DNA of 57,841 nucleotides, counting the filler, from Platydemus manokwari (lineage: Eukaryota): assembly GCA_037951405.1 (NCBI GenBank). It is 5 parts of 5 records of this genome, joined end to end, with 100 filler letters (N's around TTAATTAATTAA, not from the genome) between each part and the next. Parts side by side here need not be neighbours in the genome. Positions count along the whole stretch, not along the records: positions 19,987 to 29,142 come from JBBMOY011290984.1; positions 29,243 to 46,393 come from JBBMOY011115885.1; 3 more parts are not named here. The stretch is one strand, 5' to 3'. A model generated the notes under the pieces. The model did not search any database and had not been told where the DNA came from. It saw only the letters and a program-made list of their open reading frames with translations. Position numbers and translations under genes: made by a program. This document shows positions 26,810 to 39,454 of the stretch, one piece after another (position 1 is the stretch's first letter; each line of letters opens with the position of its first letter).

Positions 26810-27230
26810 AAAATTAAATGCGTAAAAAATATATAGAATTTAAATAGATAAGGCACGAATGAATGATAAAAAACTAACCAATTAATAAAATAATTGACTT
26901 AAGTTATGGAAACAAACGTCAGGTTATTGTCCAGGAGGAACATACAGCATATGGGGTCGAACAATAAAAAACGCAGTAGTAGAATGCGAGTACCAAGTAC
27001 AATTCAGAAAATTTCAAGAAGCGTTCGACACATACCATTTGCACAGCAGATGAAACTAATTGCGACACAGGTGAATCAATGATAATTTATCTAATAGATC
27101 AATATGCATGTGATTTGACCCTGTTAAAAGCAACTAATTTTGACATAACAAGCGGAAGGCAAATCACAGATAAAATAAGAAAAAGAGATATGAAGAAACT
27201 AGAAACATACCAGTTTGTTGATGATGCACC
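26810..27230 (+). pseudogene. Possible decayed viral/retroelement envelope glycoprotein fragment
   Basis: Frameshifted translation TSGYCPGGTYSIWGRTIKNAVVECEYQVQF ... ICTADETNCDTGESMIIYLIDQYACDLTLLK. The Cys/Gly spacing is reminiscent of chuvirus-like/gB-type fusion proteins; recognised by eye only. Confidence 0.4.
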
Positions 27231-27907
27231 TTCATCCTCAAAATCGAACAACAACAATACATTCAAACTTCATAATCAATTATCAATCCCAAATCAACAA
27301 CAATAACAACAATATATTCAAACCTCAGCAACAATAATCAATGATTCGAACAACAATAATCAGTATATAAACCCTTTTCAAATCAACAATAATCAGTATT
27401 CAAACCCCACCGACAATAATCAAATTTAATTATCGATTAAATCCCAAATCCGAACCAAATCGTCCTCACAATAATCGAATTCAATCACCAAATTATCCAA
27501 TCAAATCATCTTCAATAAATCAATATTCATTTCACAAAGCCCGAACCTCAACTCAAGTCGATCAGCGTGTTCAGCAAACCAATTCCAATTCCATCCCAAT
27601 TAATAACAATAACATTTGATTGATCAATTTGATTAATAGTTTGATTATTAACAATATTCGTTCTTTTGATACTATTTGCTTATATTGCTTGAAACTGTGT
27701 GTATGTGAAAATTGGTAATAGTTATTTTTATTCTTGAACGAAATAAACTTTGTTTTTGTAAGCTGGTGGGAGGAATTATATTGAGGCGACAAACATCATA
27801 ATGGGAATTAGGCAATGAGCTACTTGCGAATAAAGTAAACGGACGAGACAAAAATTGACATTAAAATATATAACATTAACACAGTAACACTAAAAGCGTT
27901 AATGAGA

Positions 27908-27960
27908 AATAATAATAATAATAACAATAATAATAATAATAATAACTGCATTAATAATAA
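27908..27960. repeat. (AAT)n microsatellite
   Basis: Imperfect trinucleotide run. Confidence 0.9.
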
Positions 27961-29068
27961 AAATAAAATTACAATTCATAAAATAAGTTATATTTTATCT
28001 GATCTAAAAGAAACGAAATAAATCAGATAACAAAGAAATAAAAATAGTAACAGCAGAAATCTATTATATTCGATTTTTATCAGATCTAAAAACGAATATC
28101 TATAAGCATTAAGAATAAAAAATAAATTTATTAATAACCAAATATAAGAAATAAAAAGTAATTTTAAACAATAAAAATGGCGCCAGGTGTAGAAACGGCA
28201 CCATAGCAAATACTATATAAACTCACCAAAAAACATAACATTCACCCTACAATTAACTCATCACGGTTAACTATCACAGCTGACGATTATTCGCAGAATA
28301 ACTCACTACAGAAGTTAAGCTACGATATTGATTTACGTGTTCCGGTTATTCATTAGTATTCGTAAGATTATTTTATTATCATTGCATACTTGTTAAATAA
28401 TATAATTAATTTTATATTAATTGTCTTGTGTAGTCTCCCTAATTCTTTCCTTCCGGTACTCGGTGTTTTGAGTATCAAGTAGTGTACTAGACATTTGTTT
28501 TGTTCTTTTTTAGTGTTATTTGATTTTGTTTTTCTCAAATAAGTTATTTAATTAAAAGGGTTATATTAACAGTGTTGTCATTTCGATTACTAACGTTATT
28601 AACATCATTTCAACTCGTAGGTTACTCTGGTGTCAACAGGATATCACAAGTCCTTGTTGCCACAGTTGATCATATATTATAGGGTTATCATTGTTAACCT
28701 TCTTTGTTATTCAGTCTAAGTTTCCGATAGCTTTGCCCCATACGAGCTATTGAAGCCCTCTATAGGACCAAACCCCCACAACCCACAACAAAATTTATTT
28801 CATTAAATTTTATGAGAATAGATAAAACAGTAGATAAAAACGAAAAAAAAACTAATACACAACGTTAATTTTTATTAGATAGTGAATAGAAGCAAAATTT
28901 GCCTGTTTTCATAAAGATAATTACTTGCTTTTATACTCAATATCAAACACAGAATCAGTGAAGCTTTAATACGTAATGGTCGATTGGACAAGGTTAACCG
29001 TATATCAAAGTAAGATCAAATAAAGACTGATTGTAAAATATATTAAGCATTTTTAACAGTGAATACTA

Positions 29069-29142
29069 TTAGGTTGTTGGGAAAATAATGGCCGTTTTTG
29101 CATTGCATATTTAAACTGTTAATATTTAACTAAAATCATTAG
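29069..29142 (+). mobile_element. Mariner terminus, same family as 19745, running into a gap
   Basis: TA followed by TTAGGTTGTTGGGAAAATAATGGCCG, similar to 19745-19769. Confidence 0.6.
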
Positions 29143-29242
29143 NNNNNNNNNNNNNNNNNNNNNNNNNNNNNNNNNNNNNNNNNNNNTTAATTAATTAANN
29201 NNNNNNNNNNNNNNNNNNNNNNNNNNNNNNNNNNNNNNNNNN
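29143..29242. other. Assembly spacer with six-frame stop linker
   Basis: N-run with central TTAATTAATTAA, 100 bp. Confidence 0.98.
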
Positions 29243-29317
29243 ATGTTTTTTACTTTTCCATTCAAAATTAGTGTTTCATTTTAACAAAAAACGCTCATTT
29301 CATACCGGTACACCTGG
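29243..29317. mobile_element. Mariner terminus with a Mos1/mauritiana-like TIR
   Basis: The reverse complement reads TA + CCAGGTGTACCGGTATGAAATGAGCGTT, similar to the recalled Mos1 ITR (C/T)CAGGTGTACAAGTA(G/T)G(G/A)AATGTCG. Confidence 0.65.
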
Positions 29318-30279
29318 TACAATTATATTTTTTGTTGGTTGGAAAGAATGACTATTTAGGATGTATTCCACTGCATTATTACTTCGCTTAAAGGAAACTG
29401 ATGAAAGCAAATTTGTTCTCAAAAAAATCAAGACTTATTAAAATTTATTTTTTAACAAACGATCACTAAAATAACAATTAATATATTTACAATACAAATT
29501 TCCATAGTTAACATTACTATTAACTATGTGAATAGTGGTTTTATCAGTCAGAAACGCAGTATTTTAAGTTATATAATGAAGTTTCTATATAAAAATTTAA
29601 ATCATATTATTAATTTACATGCCCTTGTAGTGACTGCTTAAATGTTTTATTACTTGCTTAACCTTAATTTATAATTATTCGCTTTTGCTATACTGAACTG
29701 GTTTTAACAACTCATATCAAATTTTAGATAATTGGATGGCGAATTTCAAACATAATTATTTATATTAAAATATTGTCAGTTGGAAAATAATTTCCACTGA
29801 TCGTTTGATAGTCTTCAAAACCAAAATTCCCTTATCGATATTTTCTAAGAGAAATTTCAGTCTGGAAATTTTTTGTGGAAGTAATTCCTATTGCTATTAG
29901 GTATAATCACCAAGTTTTCAATTTAAATGATTTCTCATAGGTTGACTATTATAGTCAGGCAACTCTGTAAATTCCTATGATATACAATGGAATTACTATG
30001 ACAACGTGTACCTATCGCATGGATCAAATGAATTTTCCTACTAAAAAAATACAAATATCTATTTAAGACCATGATTAATTGGTTAGCCGTGATAAATCAC
30101 GACTTATAACATAGATTCTCTTTTACAATTGAATCTATTACCACATTTCTCTTGGCTGCATCCAGTAATTAATTGATTGATTGGCTCAGCTCTAATCCTC
30201 AGAGTCAAGGTGAATATTCTTTATCCCTTGTTTTCCTTGATTTGGGGCAATATGCCTTTATTTTGCCAGTGTGGAACTG

Positions 30280-30830
30280 CTATTGGAGATACGACGCATT
30301 GATATTTGACTTCATGTGAATGATGTGCTGGATAAGTCCCAATTTTCGTAGAATTGCTCCATTTGACTTCACCCATGTTCCGAGCACACCGACGATTAAA
30401 GTGTGAAGTTTAACCGTGAATTTTGGATTGTTCTTTTTGACCTTTTTTTTGAGACTGTCGTACTTGGTGAGGTTTTCTGATTTGTCTCATCAATTAGCTT
30501 TGCTCGACTGTGGGGAATTTGATGTCAACTAACATGATGGTAGATTTTCTGTCATTCACCATTTGTAAGTCGACTCGCAGGTTGGAGTTGGCAAATTGAC
30601 ATTTATTATCTATAAAGATTCTATAATCGGTATGATATTCCACACACTTTGCTAAAGTCTCCATAACTTCATTTTGCCTTAAAGTTACAAACGAGTGAGA
30701 TGGTTTACACACTGTGAAAATGTGTGTATGTGATTCCTTTCGGTACAGACATTGACCGCACGCCATCCCGTCTATGTATTTTTTACTCAAATTCGGTAAG
30801 GTATTGGCTTTGTTGATTAATCCGAACTCT
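30280..30830 (-). mobile_element. 3' fragment of a non-LTR retrotransposon with restriction-like endonuclease (R2/NeSL/R4-type)
   Basis: CCHC knuckle CGQC...ESHTHIFTVC, then LRQNEV (cf. RHN), LRVDLQM...LVDIKFP (PD..D/ExK-like). After a frameshift come TKYDSL and TLIVGVLGTW (KY..L and IVGxLGxW motifs). Confidence 0.82.
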
Positions 30831-33800
30831 GCAAATTTTAAAATTATGCCGTTGATTTTAAATATTCTGTATTTTTACTCTACATTTATTTAAATGCAAG
30901 ATTGATTCCAAACTAATGACCTCTTAAATTTTTAAATTTTTTTAAAATTTATTCGACAATGCAATACCAAAGTCAATAAAAGCTTTGAAGCATAATTTCA
31001 TTCAAATACGATAAATGATTTTCATATATATATATTGGTTGATGATCAACTCTAAGTGCTATATATGACGATCCTTCTTTGTAATTAGGCTTTGCTATCA
31101 AAGATCCGGTACTAGTGCTATCGAGGAATTCATTTACCTGATGATTATTTACCGAAAGATTCTTGCAATTAGTTCATGTGATGTAAGAATATTCTGCTTT
31201 TTCGGTGAGTTTCAGTTTCTATGTTGGGCTATCAATCAACAATTTAGATCTGAAAATTGTATTAACTAAAATATTACACACAGAGTCTCAAAAAAAACAC
31301 AAATCTCTCCACAATACACAAAGTAAATTACTTAAGACAGGATCAGACTGATTGCAAAAATCACACAAAGATAAGCTAAGCGCTCAAGTTAAGGACCAAA
31401 AAGACTGGCATACATCCACGGAACGCAACCCCCTCGCAGACCCACCGGGCGCGCCTGCCCGACGTCGAGAACTTTGCTAGTGATCCGATCCACCTGGGAC
31501 TCTCCTCACATCTCTCGCACTATCGACGGCACCTGAGCTAGTTTGCAGTCACTTGCTGGTCGACTCCTAGTCTCCAAACATGGACCAACACTATAACGAA
31601 TTTAATTGGTCAACGATACGTGCGCCCATCGGGTTCGTGTGCGCTGACTCCTCATAGTGTTCTTTCTTTGGTTCTTGTGACTCTTTTGATTTTTTTTTGT
31701 GATATACCCAAAACTTAGTTGAGTAACTGCTGATTTTGTGTTAATCTGGTGAGCCCTAATTCGAAGATATTTAAATTTTATTCCGTCTTACAAGTTGTTT
31801 ATTCGATCAACTTATACCTTTATGCTTATTATTGTTACCAACTTACGAATAACTAAAGTTCTGCTGATTAATTCGTATTCTGATTACAGAACAATTTTAG
31901 ATATTTTAGTTGTTAAGCAGAATCAGAGGAATAAACCTTTTTGTATAGCTTTGTGATGACTGGCTGTGAAAATCGATTCACTTCATTTGTCATAAAAGCT
32001 TGATTTAAAATTTGACTTTGCTACGCAACCCTGTTTTGGACACATGCGGATAATTATCTTATCTTATCAAGCTTTTATAGATTAATTTTCGAGCCAGAAT
32101 CCATATTATAAAACTCTTCTTTTTTAAACTTATTTTTCAAAAGAACTATCAAATCAAACACACAATCGTTTTGTCTTGGATGTCTGGTTAAATTCTAACA
32201 TCATTTCTAAAGCGACCAATGAGAATCAAGAAGCTCATAAAGAGTCCAAGTCATACTTAGATAGATTTATGCTCCTTTGAATATTCAAGATATTTAAGAA
32301 TAATCTGGATAATCGAATTCACCAACTTCTGTGATATGTCTCTTAATGAATTCCAGATTCTTCTCATCACATCCGATCTAATATTCAAAAATCCGATTTT
32401 ATGAATAATAAAATTCTATAAAATTAGTGGATCATCTTCAGGAAAATTATTTTTATTTCAAAATAATATTGGAAAATATCAAAATCATTTTCCCCGTTGT
32501 AAGATATGATTTCATGTGAAAATCGAACCTGCGCATAAACTACTATCAATTAGAAATTAGCTGTGTCTATTTTACATTTTTACTTCGATGTTTACGTGAC
32601 ATGTACATCATCACTCTTCATCATTGATTGATATCCTAACAAATCGGCAGTCAAAGACATTGTTGTAAAGTAAAATAGACGTCTTCTGAAAATTCTAATA
32701 ATTCCCCATTTGAAGTTGATAAAAATGAAAGTAAAAATAATAACTTGATTAAATTAGAGGAGCGGTTACATTTTCCTTATCTATCACGATCTGACAGATA
32801 GCGCTTTTGGTAATAGATATAATTAAATTGCATGTGCGATTTTTTTTTACTGTGTGAAACATCATATCGGTATTAAATTGACAAGGCAGTGTGAAAAAAT
32901 TGTGAAAACTTTCAAATCAGATAAACGGAAAATCTTGATTTATTTACACAATCGTTTGTTATGCAGTGAAAGTGACGATGAGTTTTGTTTTCTTTCAGTG
33001 TTCTCGGGATAGTTAGTGTCGAAATGGAAATGTAGAAATTAAAATTAACAACTACTGGAATAATTTGCGGGAAAATACTTTTAAATATTTACACTGCAAA
33101 GCATTAATCATTTAGGATAATTATCGAGATTCCAGATATATCATTTACAACTAACGAATTGAGAGCTTGATTGTAAAGTTTATTTAAATATCATGCTTTT
33201 CAGATTATTATATCTTGGGACAATGAAATGATTTCATTTCTTTGGTGGACAAACAAAGTTAAGGAGACAACACCATGCTCCAAATCATTTTTAGTTTTCA
33301 TTATGATTATCCCATTAAACTCTTCAAGAAATCAGTTGTTCTGATCACAATACAACACAAAATAATTTATGTTGCTCTTCATTTTGCACTTTCATTTTAA
33401 GAACCTCTATTTTACCAAGCGAAGTGGTTTATTCGAGATCAAACGAAAGCTAAACAATTTATATTGATGATTGGCAATTATAAAATAAATAACGATAAAA
33501 ATATACGAAACAAAACTTTGTAATTTCACTTACTAGTTTTTAAATCATTATAAGCATATGGTTCAGGTTGTTTTTATTTTAATTTAATTTTTCATGTTCA
33601 AAAATAGTTCACCCATAAAAAATTTGAGTAACTAATTTATCGCAATACTTAGAGATTTAAAATGTTATTGTTTTCATAAACTGGTCTAACGAAAATACAT
33701 AACAAATAAACATCAAGATAGAAATCAGTTATTTTACAATTTAATCGAAACTTGTTCTAATAGAATTTTAAAATTTATGAAATGCAAAAATGACTAGCAA

Positions 33801-36800
33801 TAAAAATTAAAATTTATTCACAAAACGAAGAGAAAATAAAGTTATTTTAAAAATCAAAATTGCAATCTCATAAGTCGGGACCCCGATGCTTATTAAAACG
33901 CGTCTCGAACTGATGTTCTCACTATTATCATTGCTCTATTCAATTACCAGATGTAGCCATTTTAATGATTTATAATTCAAACTATAAATTGTCAATTTCG
34001 GCTGTTATTCCAACACAATCTGCATCGCTTTAGTGTCTTGTTAACCCGGTTGTTTGATTGATCATGACATCTCGAACGATACATAACAGATGTTATTATT
34101 ATTAAATAATCGTAAATCGCCATTTTATAATCATCATTTTTGGTTTTACGATTTTCTATTGGCTAAAAATGTTTTAAAATGTGGTTTGTAAGACAACAGA
34201 AGTGCTCAATGGATGTCACAGGAATACCGGTCAAGGTGACCAAGGAAATTCATAGTTATATTGTCACTTCTAAATGAGTATCAAATATAACTATCATAAT
34301 TAAGAATCCAAATTGTTATTATAATGAATTAACAGGTCAAAAGCTTATATCAGAAAATGAAAGTTTTAAGATTTTAAATACAGTGCGCTTTATTCATTTA
34401 AAACAACTAATCTAAGTTAAATATTTAAAATAATAATAATTTTAATAATAATAATGCACATGTGTTTTTTGTATTCTTAAAACCTAGCATAATAAAAGTT
34501 TGTTAAATAAACCATAATGTTGTTTCTCTTATAAAACTAATGATGATTTTTTTTTAATTTAAAGTGATTAAACATCAAATAAACTATATCTAAAAAACAT
34601 GTAATGAAAAGCTTATAACATCATATTTAATGACTATGAGACTTCCACATTCCATTCATTGTTCATCAAAAGTGTCTAATAAAATATTTGTCAGTTGGTA
34701 TTGAGTTTAAAATTATCCATATAATATCTTCTTGGCATATTTAGTGAAAAACCCATCATCAAAGATATAACTGCAAAGCTTGTTTTCGTATAAATGAATT
34801 TTATCATTATATCCAGGCTGTTTATTTCTAATAAATAGGATTTTATAATCCATCCCCTAATCCATTATTGCAAAATGAGATGATCACACAATCTATCATT
34901 GTTTTGAAAATACTTGAAGCTTTTCAGAAGTGAATATAGAGCTATTACTGAAGATCTTTTTCTAAAATAGCTCATTCTTCCTATTTGAACACTTAGTTTC
35001 GATAAATAACAATGATTTTTCGGTTAAATTTTTGAGAGCATTGTAACTGAACATTTAATATTAAAAAAACTATTTAATTCTTGATATGACAACGAAAAAA
35101 TCTTGAACAATTTGCATAATTCTGTACTTCAATATACGTCATTTCTATCAATTTATCACCACACGTTATTGGTTCTAAATTGACACGATGAAGTTTCTCT
35201 TGAATATTTTATCCACTATTTTTAACAATGCCAAGAAAATAATCTGTTAAATTTATTTTAAGAACAGGCATTCAAGAAAACAATTTTGTGCATATTTGTC
35301 GATAATATTTGGCAATAAATAATTATAAAATTCATGAATAGATTAATTTATAAATTCGTAAATGCAAAGCAATCAATAAGACTCCGAACAAAAAAATCAA
35401 TTATATATCCTTAGTCCAAATAGTACTATTATTCTAATAAATGTTTATGTTTCATCGGCATAAATAGCGATGTAAAATGTAACGATTAACCGTTAATGAC
35501 ACTGGGAGTTTTATTAAATGATTTTCTCGTAAATCTGAAGAGAAATAAACAAATCCATTGTTAATATATAGTTTTATGATCAAGAACTGATAATGATAAC
35601 TATATCGACGATCAAAACAACACATCCAATGATAAATATAATTTTGTTGATTGGCCAATTTCAATGGATTACTTCTGTGCTTAATTTGTTCTTCGTTTTT
35701 CTTATACTCTTGATTAGAATATTTAAATTTTATTCCTGAAATTATTATTTATAAACATTGAATAGAAATGAAAGGAAACCAATTATTACCATAACCGACA
35801 CATTGGTTCACTGTCAATATCAACAGTCGGATTGTTTATTCTCGAGTTTAATTTTTAAAATTTCTATTAGTTTCTCTCTCTATAATTGATATGATCAAAA
35901 TTACAAATCATGTTTTGAGAAGAAATTTAAAATTTTAAATAAATCATTTGTTAAGAAATTTTAAATTTTTTTAATTTTTTAAAACCACAGAAAGTATTTC
36001 TGGATTTTGAGATAACTTTATATTTTTGTATTGGAGCTGGTACAGATAATGAATTATCTTTGAATCGCAAAACTACAGAACTGCAGGTTTCGAGAAAAAT
36101 TAGTAGAGAAAATAGGATTTTATACATTATAATATGAGCCCTGAAAATATTGATCTTATGCCAATTTCATGTTTCATATGTGTTTAGATCTTATACATGT
36201 CCTACTGCAAATTTGACAAGGCATTTGATGCTTAGTTTCTACATCTGATTTGGTATGTATAGCTGACAGGCAATACACATTTTTAACATAAAATCACTCA
36301 AGAAACATGCTATTTGTAATCCATCAGCTACTCAAGGATTTCATTCATGTAAATCAATTCACTTTTTGATGATTTTCTTATGAGTTGGAAAGAAAGAATC
36401 AATAAATTTTCTGACACCAGAAGTCTTTTTATTAAAATATCTAATGATTAATTCAATTCATAAATAAATAATTTAATTATCCAATCAGTCATTGAAACAT
36501 CTATGCATTTTAAATCTTATAGTTATTGTTTCGAATGAGTACATAAATTCTTGTAAATAAACGTAACAAAACAGCTTTTAGAAATTATAATTAATTTTCT
36601 AATATTTCTATACTGATAACAAGTATAAGTAGTACGACTTACTGATAATTTAAATTATAATCAATTTTGATCCGATAATTGATAGTCTTATAATTTTCTG
36701 ATAACATGGCATATCTATAGTTTATTTATTACGTAATAAGATTATCAATAATTGTATTATATAGCAACAGTGTATCTAACATTAATTCTAGGTTTATAAG

Positions 36801-37061
36801 GTTCGTGACCGATAACTAGTGATTTCAAACTGATAATTAATTATCCTCAGAATCAAAGAATATTCTAAAGCATCTTTAATTTTATATTCGAGGACTTCGT
36901 AAATCATTGAAGAATATTTTTTCTAAATCGATCAATCCCCTTTTGCTTAAATGAAAATCATTGGTTGATTTATCTCATGCTATAAGGCGAACAATACGCG
37001 AGATGTGCACTCAATAATTTAAAAGTGGAGTTTAAAATTCGTCGATTACGCAACATGTTCG

Positions 37062-37916
37062 ATGACCAATAAAATCGAAGCAAGCTCGAATCAAAAACGA
37101 TTGGCGAACGGAAATCGAATATCGAGTACAAATAGACAGTTCTTCAAGAAAAAAAATGATTTCAAACAACTGTTGCGAGTGAAATATAATTCGAGTCAGA
37201 TCCATCAGATGAAACACATAACCGATATCGATGCACAACCAGTGATGAAGACCGACAAACCAAACATGAGTTTCGTGGCCATGATCACAATGGCAATCAA
37301 TTCTTCACCTGGTCGAATGTGTCAATTGTCAGAGATTTATAGATTTATCAATGCTCGCTTTCCCCATTATCAACTCCATGATAAAAAATGGCAAAATTCC
37401 ATTCGCCATTCACTCTCATTCAATGATTGTTTCGTTAGGATTCGTTATAAAGATTTGATAAATAAATTTCCAAAAACCGGAAGTCGCGGCGATTATTGGA
37501 CGATTCACGAAGAGGCCAAATCAATGTTTCAAAACGGAGGACTGTTAAGGAGGCATAAAAAATTTGTCGATTATAATAAGCGCCGATTATCATCAGTGTC
37601 AGACAAGTCACTACCGGAATTATTGGACACAAATTCACTTGCATCATCCATCGAAACACGAGACAGCATATCAACATCCATCGATATCAACGACCAGCAA
37701 GATTTTAACTTTGAATTCAGTCCTCCAAATGAACTGGTCAATGGACTTGAATACTATCCACATTCTTATCCTTATCAGAATTTCGTTATGAACTATTCCA
37801 CTCCGTACTGGGAGAATATTCCCGGTTTATATCCAAACACTACATATCTCAATTATCAATACCAAGATTCTTATGGCAGTTTAAACACACCAGGTCTCAC
37901 CTATATTGATCTTTAA
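37062..37916 (+). CDS. foxA: Forkhead-box transcription factor, FoxA-class, divergent, intronless, 284 aa
   Basis: Forkhead domain at about 37257-37565 with ITMAI, LSEIY, WQNSIRHSLSFNDCFV (RHSLSFNDCF is typical of FoxA), YWTIH and MFQNG..LRR.KKF. AATAAA at 37985-37990. Confidence 0.88.
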   Translation: MTNKIEASSNQKRLANGNRISSTNRQFFKKKNDFKQLLRVKYNSSQIHQMKHITDIDAQPVMKTDKPNMSFVAMITMAINSSPGRMCQLSEIYRFINARFPHYQLHDKKWQNSIRHSLSFNDCFVRIRYKDLINKFPKTGSRGDYWTIHEEAKSMFQNGGLLRRHKKFVDYNKRRLSSVSDKSLPELLDTNSLASSIETRDSISTSIDINDQQDFNFEFSPPNELVNGLEYYPHSYPYQNFVMNYSTPYWENIPGLYPNTTYLNYQYQDSYGSLNTPGLTYIDL

Positions 37917-39454
37917 AGAAAATTCCGCTATCTCTATAACGGAAGAATCCAAAAGTCCAAAAAAACCAAAAATTGTGATTGATAAATAAAAATGTTTTGA
38001 TTTTTTTTCATAAATATCAGTTTTTGTATATTGTTTTCCAATCGAATGGTTTTTCCCGTCGATCATTAAGTGATAACGTTGGTGTGAGAGTCAAATTTTG
38101 ACGTTGAAAGTAATATATGTAAGTAAAATTGTCATTTTTTACATTCATTTTTTTGATTGGTAGTTTTCGATTTTTTGTTCGGAGTTTGATTAAAAAAAAT
38201 AAAACGTAGCGATAGTTGATGAAAAATTATGAAACTAGTAAAATTTGTTTCCCGTTGATTTTATGGCTATTCATCTATTGCTTCTGTATGTGAGCAGCTG
38301 AGCAACAGTATCAAAAATTTATGGCCAACTTTATGGGTATAGATGGCTCTTAGTCGTTTTTATTGCATGAGGGGATAATTAATTCCACCCTCAGTGATGC
38401 TGTTCACAACAAATAGCTGGACCTATTAAACCAGTAACTTTGCGAACACATGACTTATTTTTTCATCATTCTTTTTTTTGCTAGTAGCCTTTCTATTGAT
38501 ACATCTTCTTCTGGTGGGAAAAATTGCCTTGATGTGAATTTGAGAATGAAATCAGCCAATATCAGGTTTTAAATCTTATTAAGGAAAAGAAATTGTTTTT
38601 TGTGATTCCCATTTTGATAATGATAATACGAAATCTTATTTCAATCCAATCGATCTATGGAGATGTCAATTGGTAGGATAGAATATATTTTTTTCAAAAT
38701 GATATATTCAAACTATCGGGTAATTCAACACCGAAAATACTGTTAAATAAAATATCGTTGATAATTTAATTTCATAATTCCAGTCTACTATAAGACTATC
38801 AAGGGAAACTCAATCTAAAGAAAGGGGTTCAATGTTCCCCCTTTCAATCATAAAATGTATTTTTATCTTAAAAATTATCAATGCCAAATGTAATTCAAAT
38901 TATTTGATGTACAAAAAACATCTCAAACATATTAATTTAATTGAGAATCTTGATTTTAAAAACGATTAAAATTAATTTCATTCTCATAATCACAGAGTGA
39001 AGTCCTGTTATTTTGTTGTGGAAAATAAGTTATCACTTACTCAACTCGAATAATTTTAATGTTTAATCAAAGTCATGAATATGCTAGTTTGATTGGTTAA
39101 AAAGGGTTCACCCCCCCCCTCCCCTCATATTCAAAACTTTGAAATCACCAACACATCTAGGCAGCTATTGAAGGATTTATCTCTTTAATGCACCCAATTT
39201 ATTAGGTTTTCCTTCAAATAATGATAATAATTCAGCATAATCTAATTCAAAAAATTGAAAAACTGAAAAGGTGCTGACCAAAACAAATTATTAACAGCTG
39301 AAAAAAATAGACAATTGAATAAAAGGATGAAAGCAATTTCATTGAAAAACATTTATTATATTTGAAATATTTTCTCCATATATTCCAGTGTCACCAATCA
39401 AGATAAAGGGGATCATATCTTTGTATCGATATGAACATTAACGATAGAGTATAT

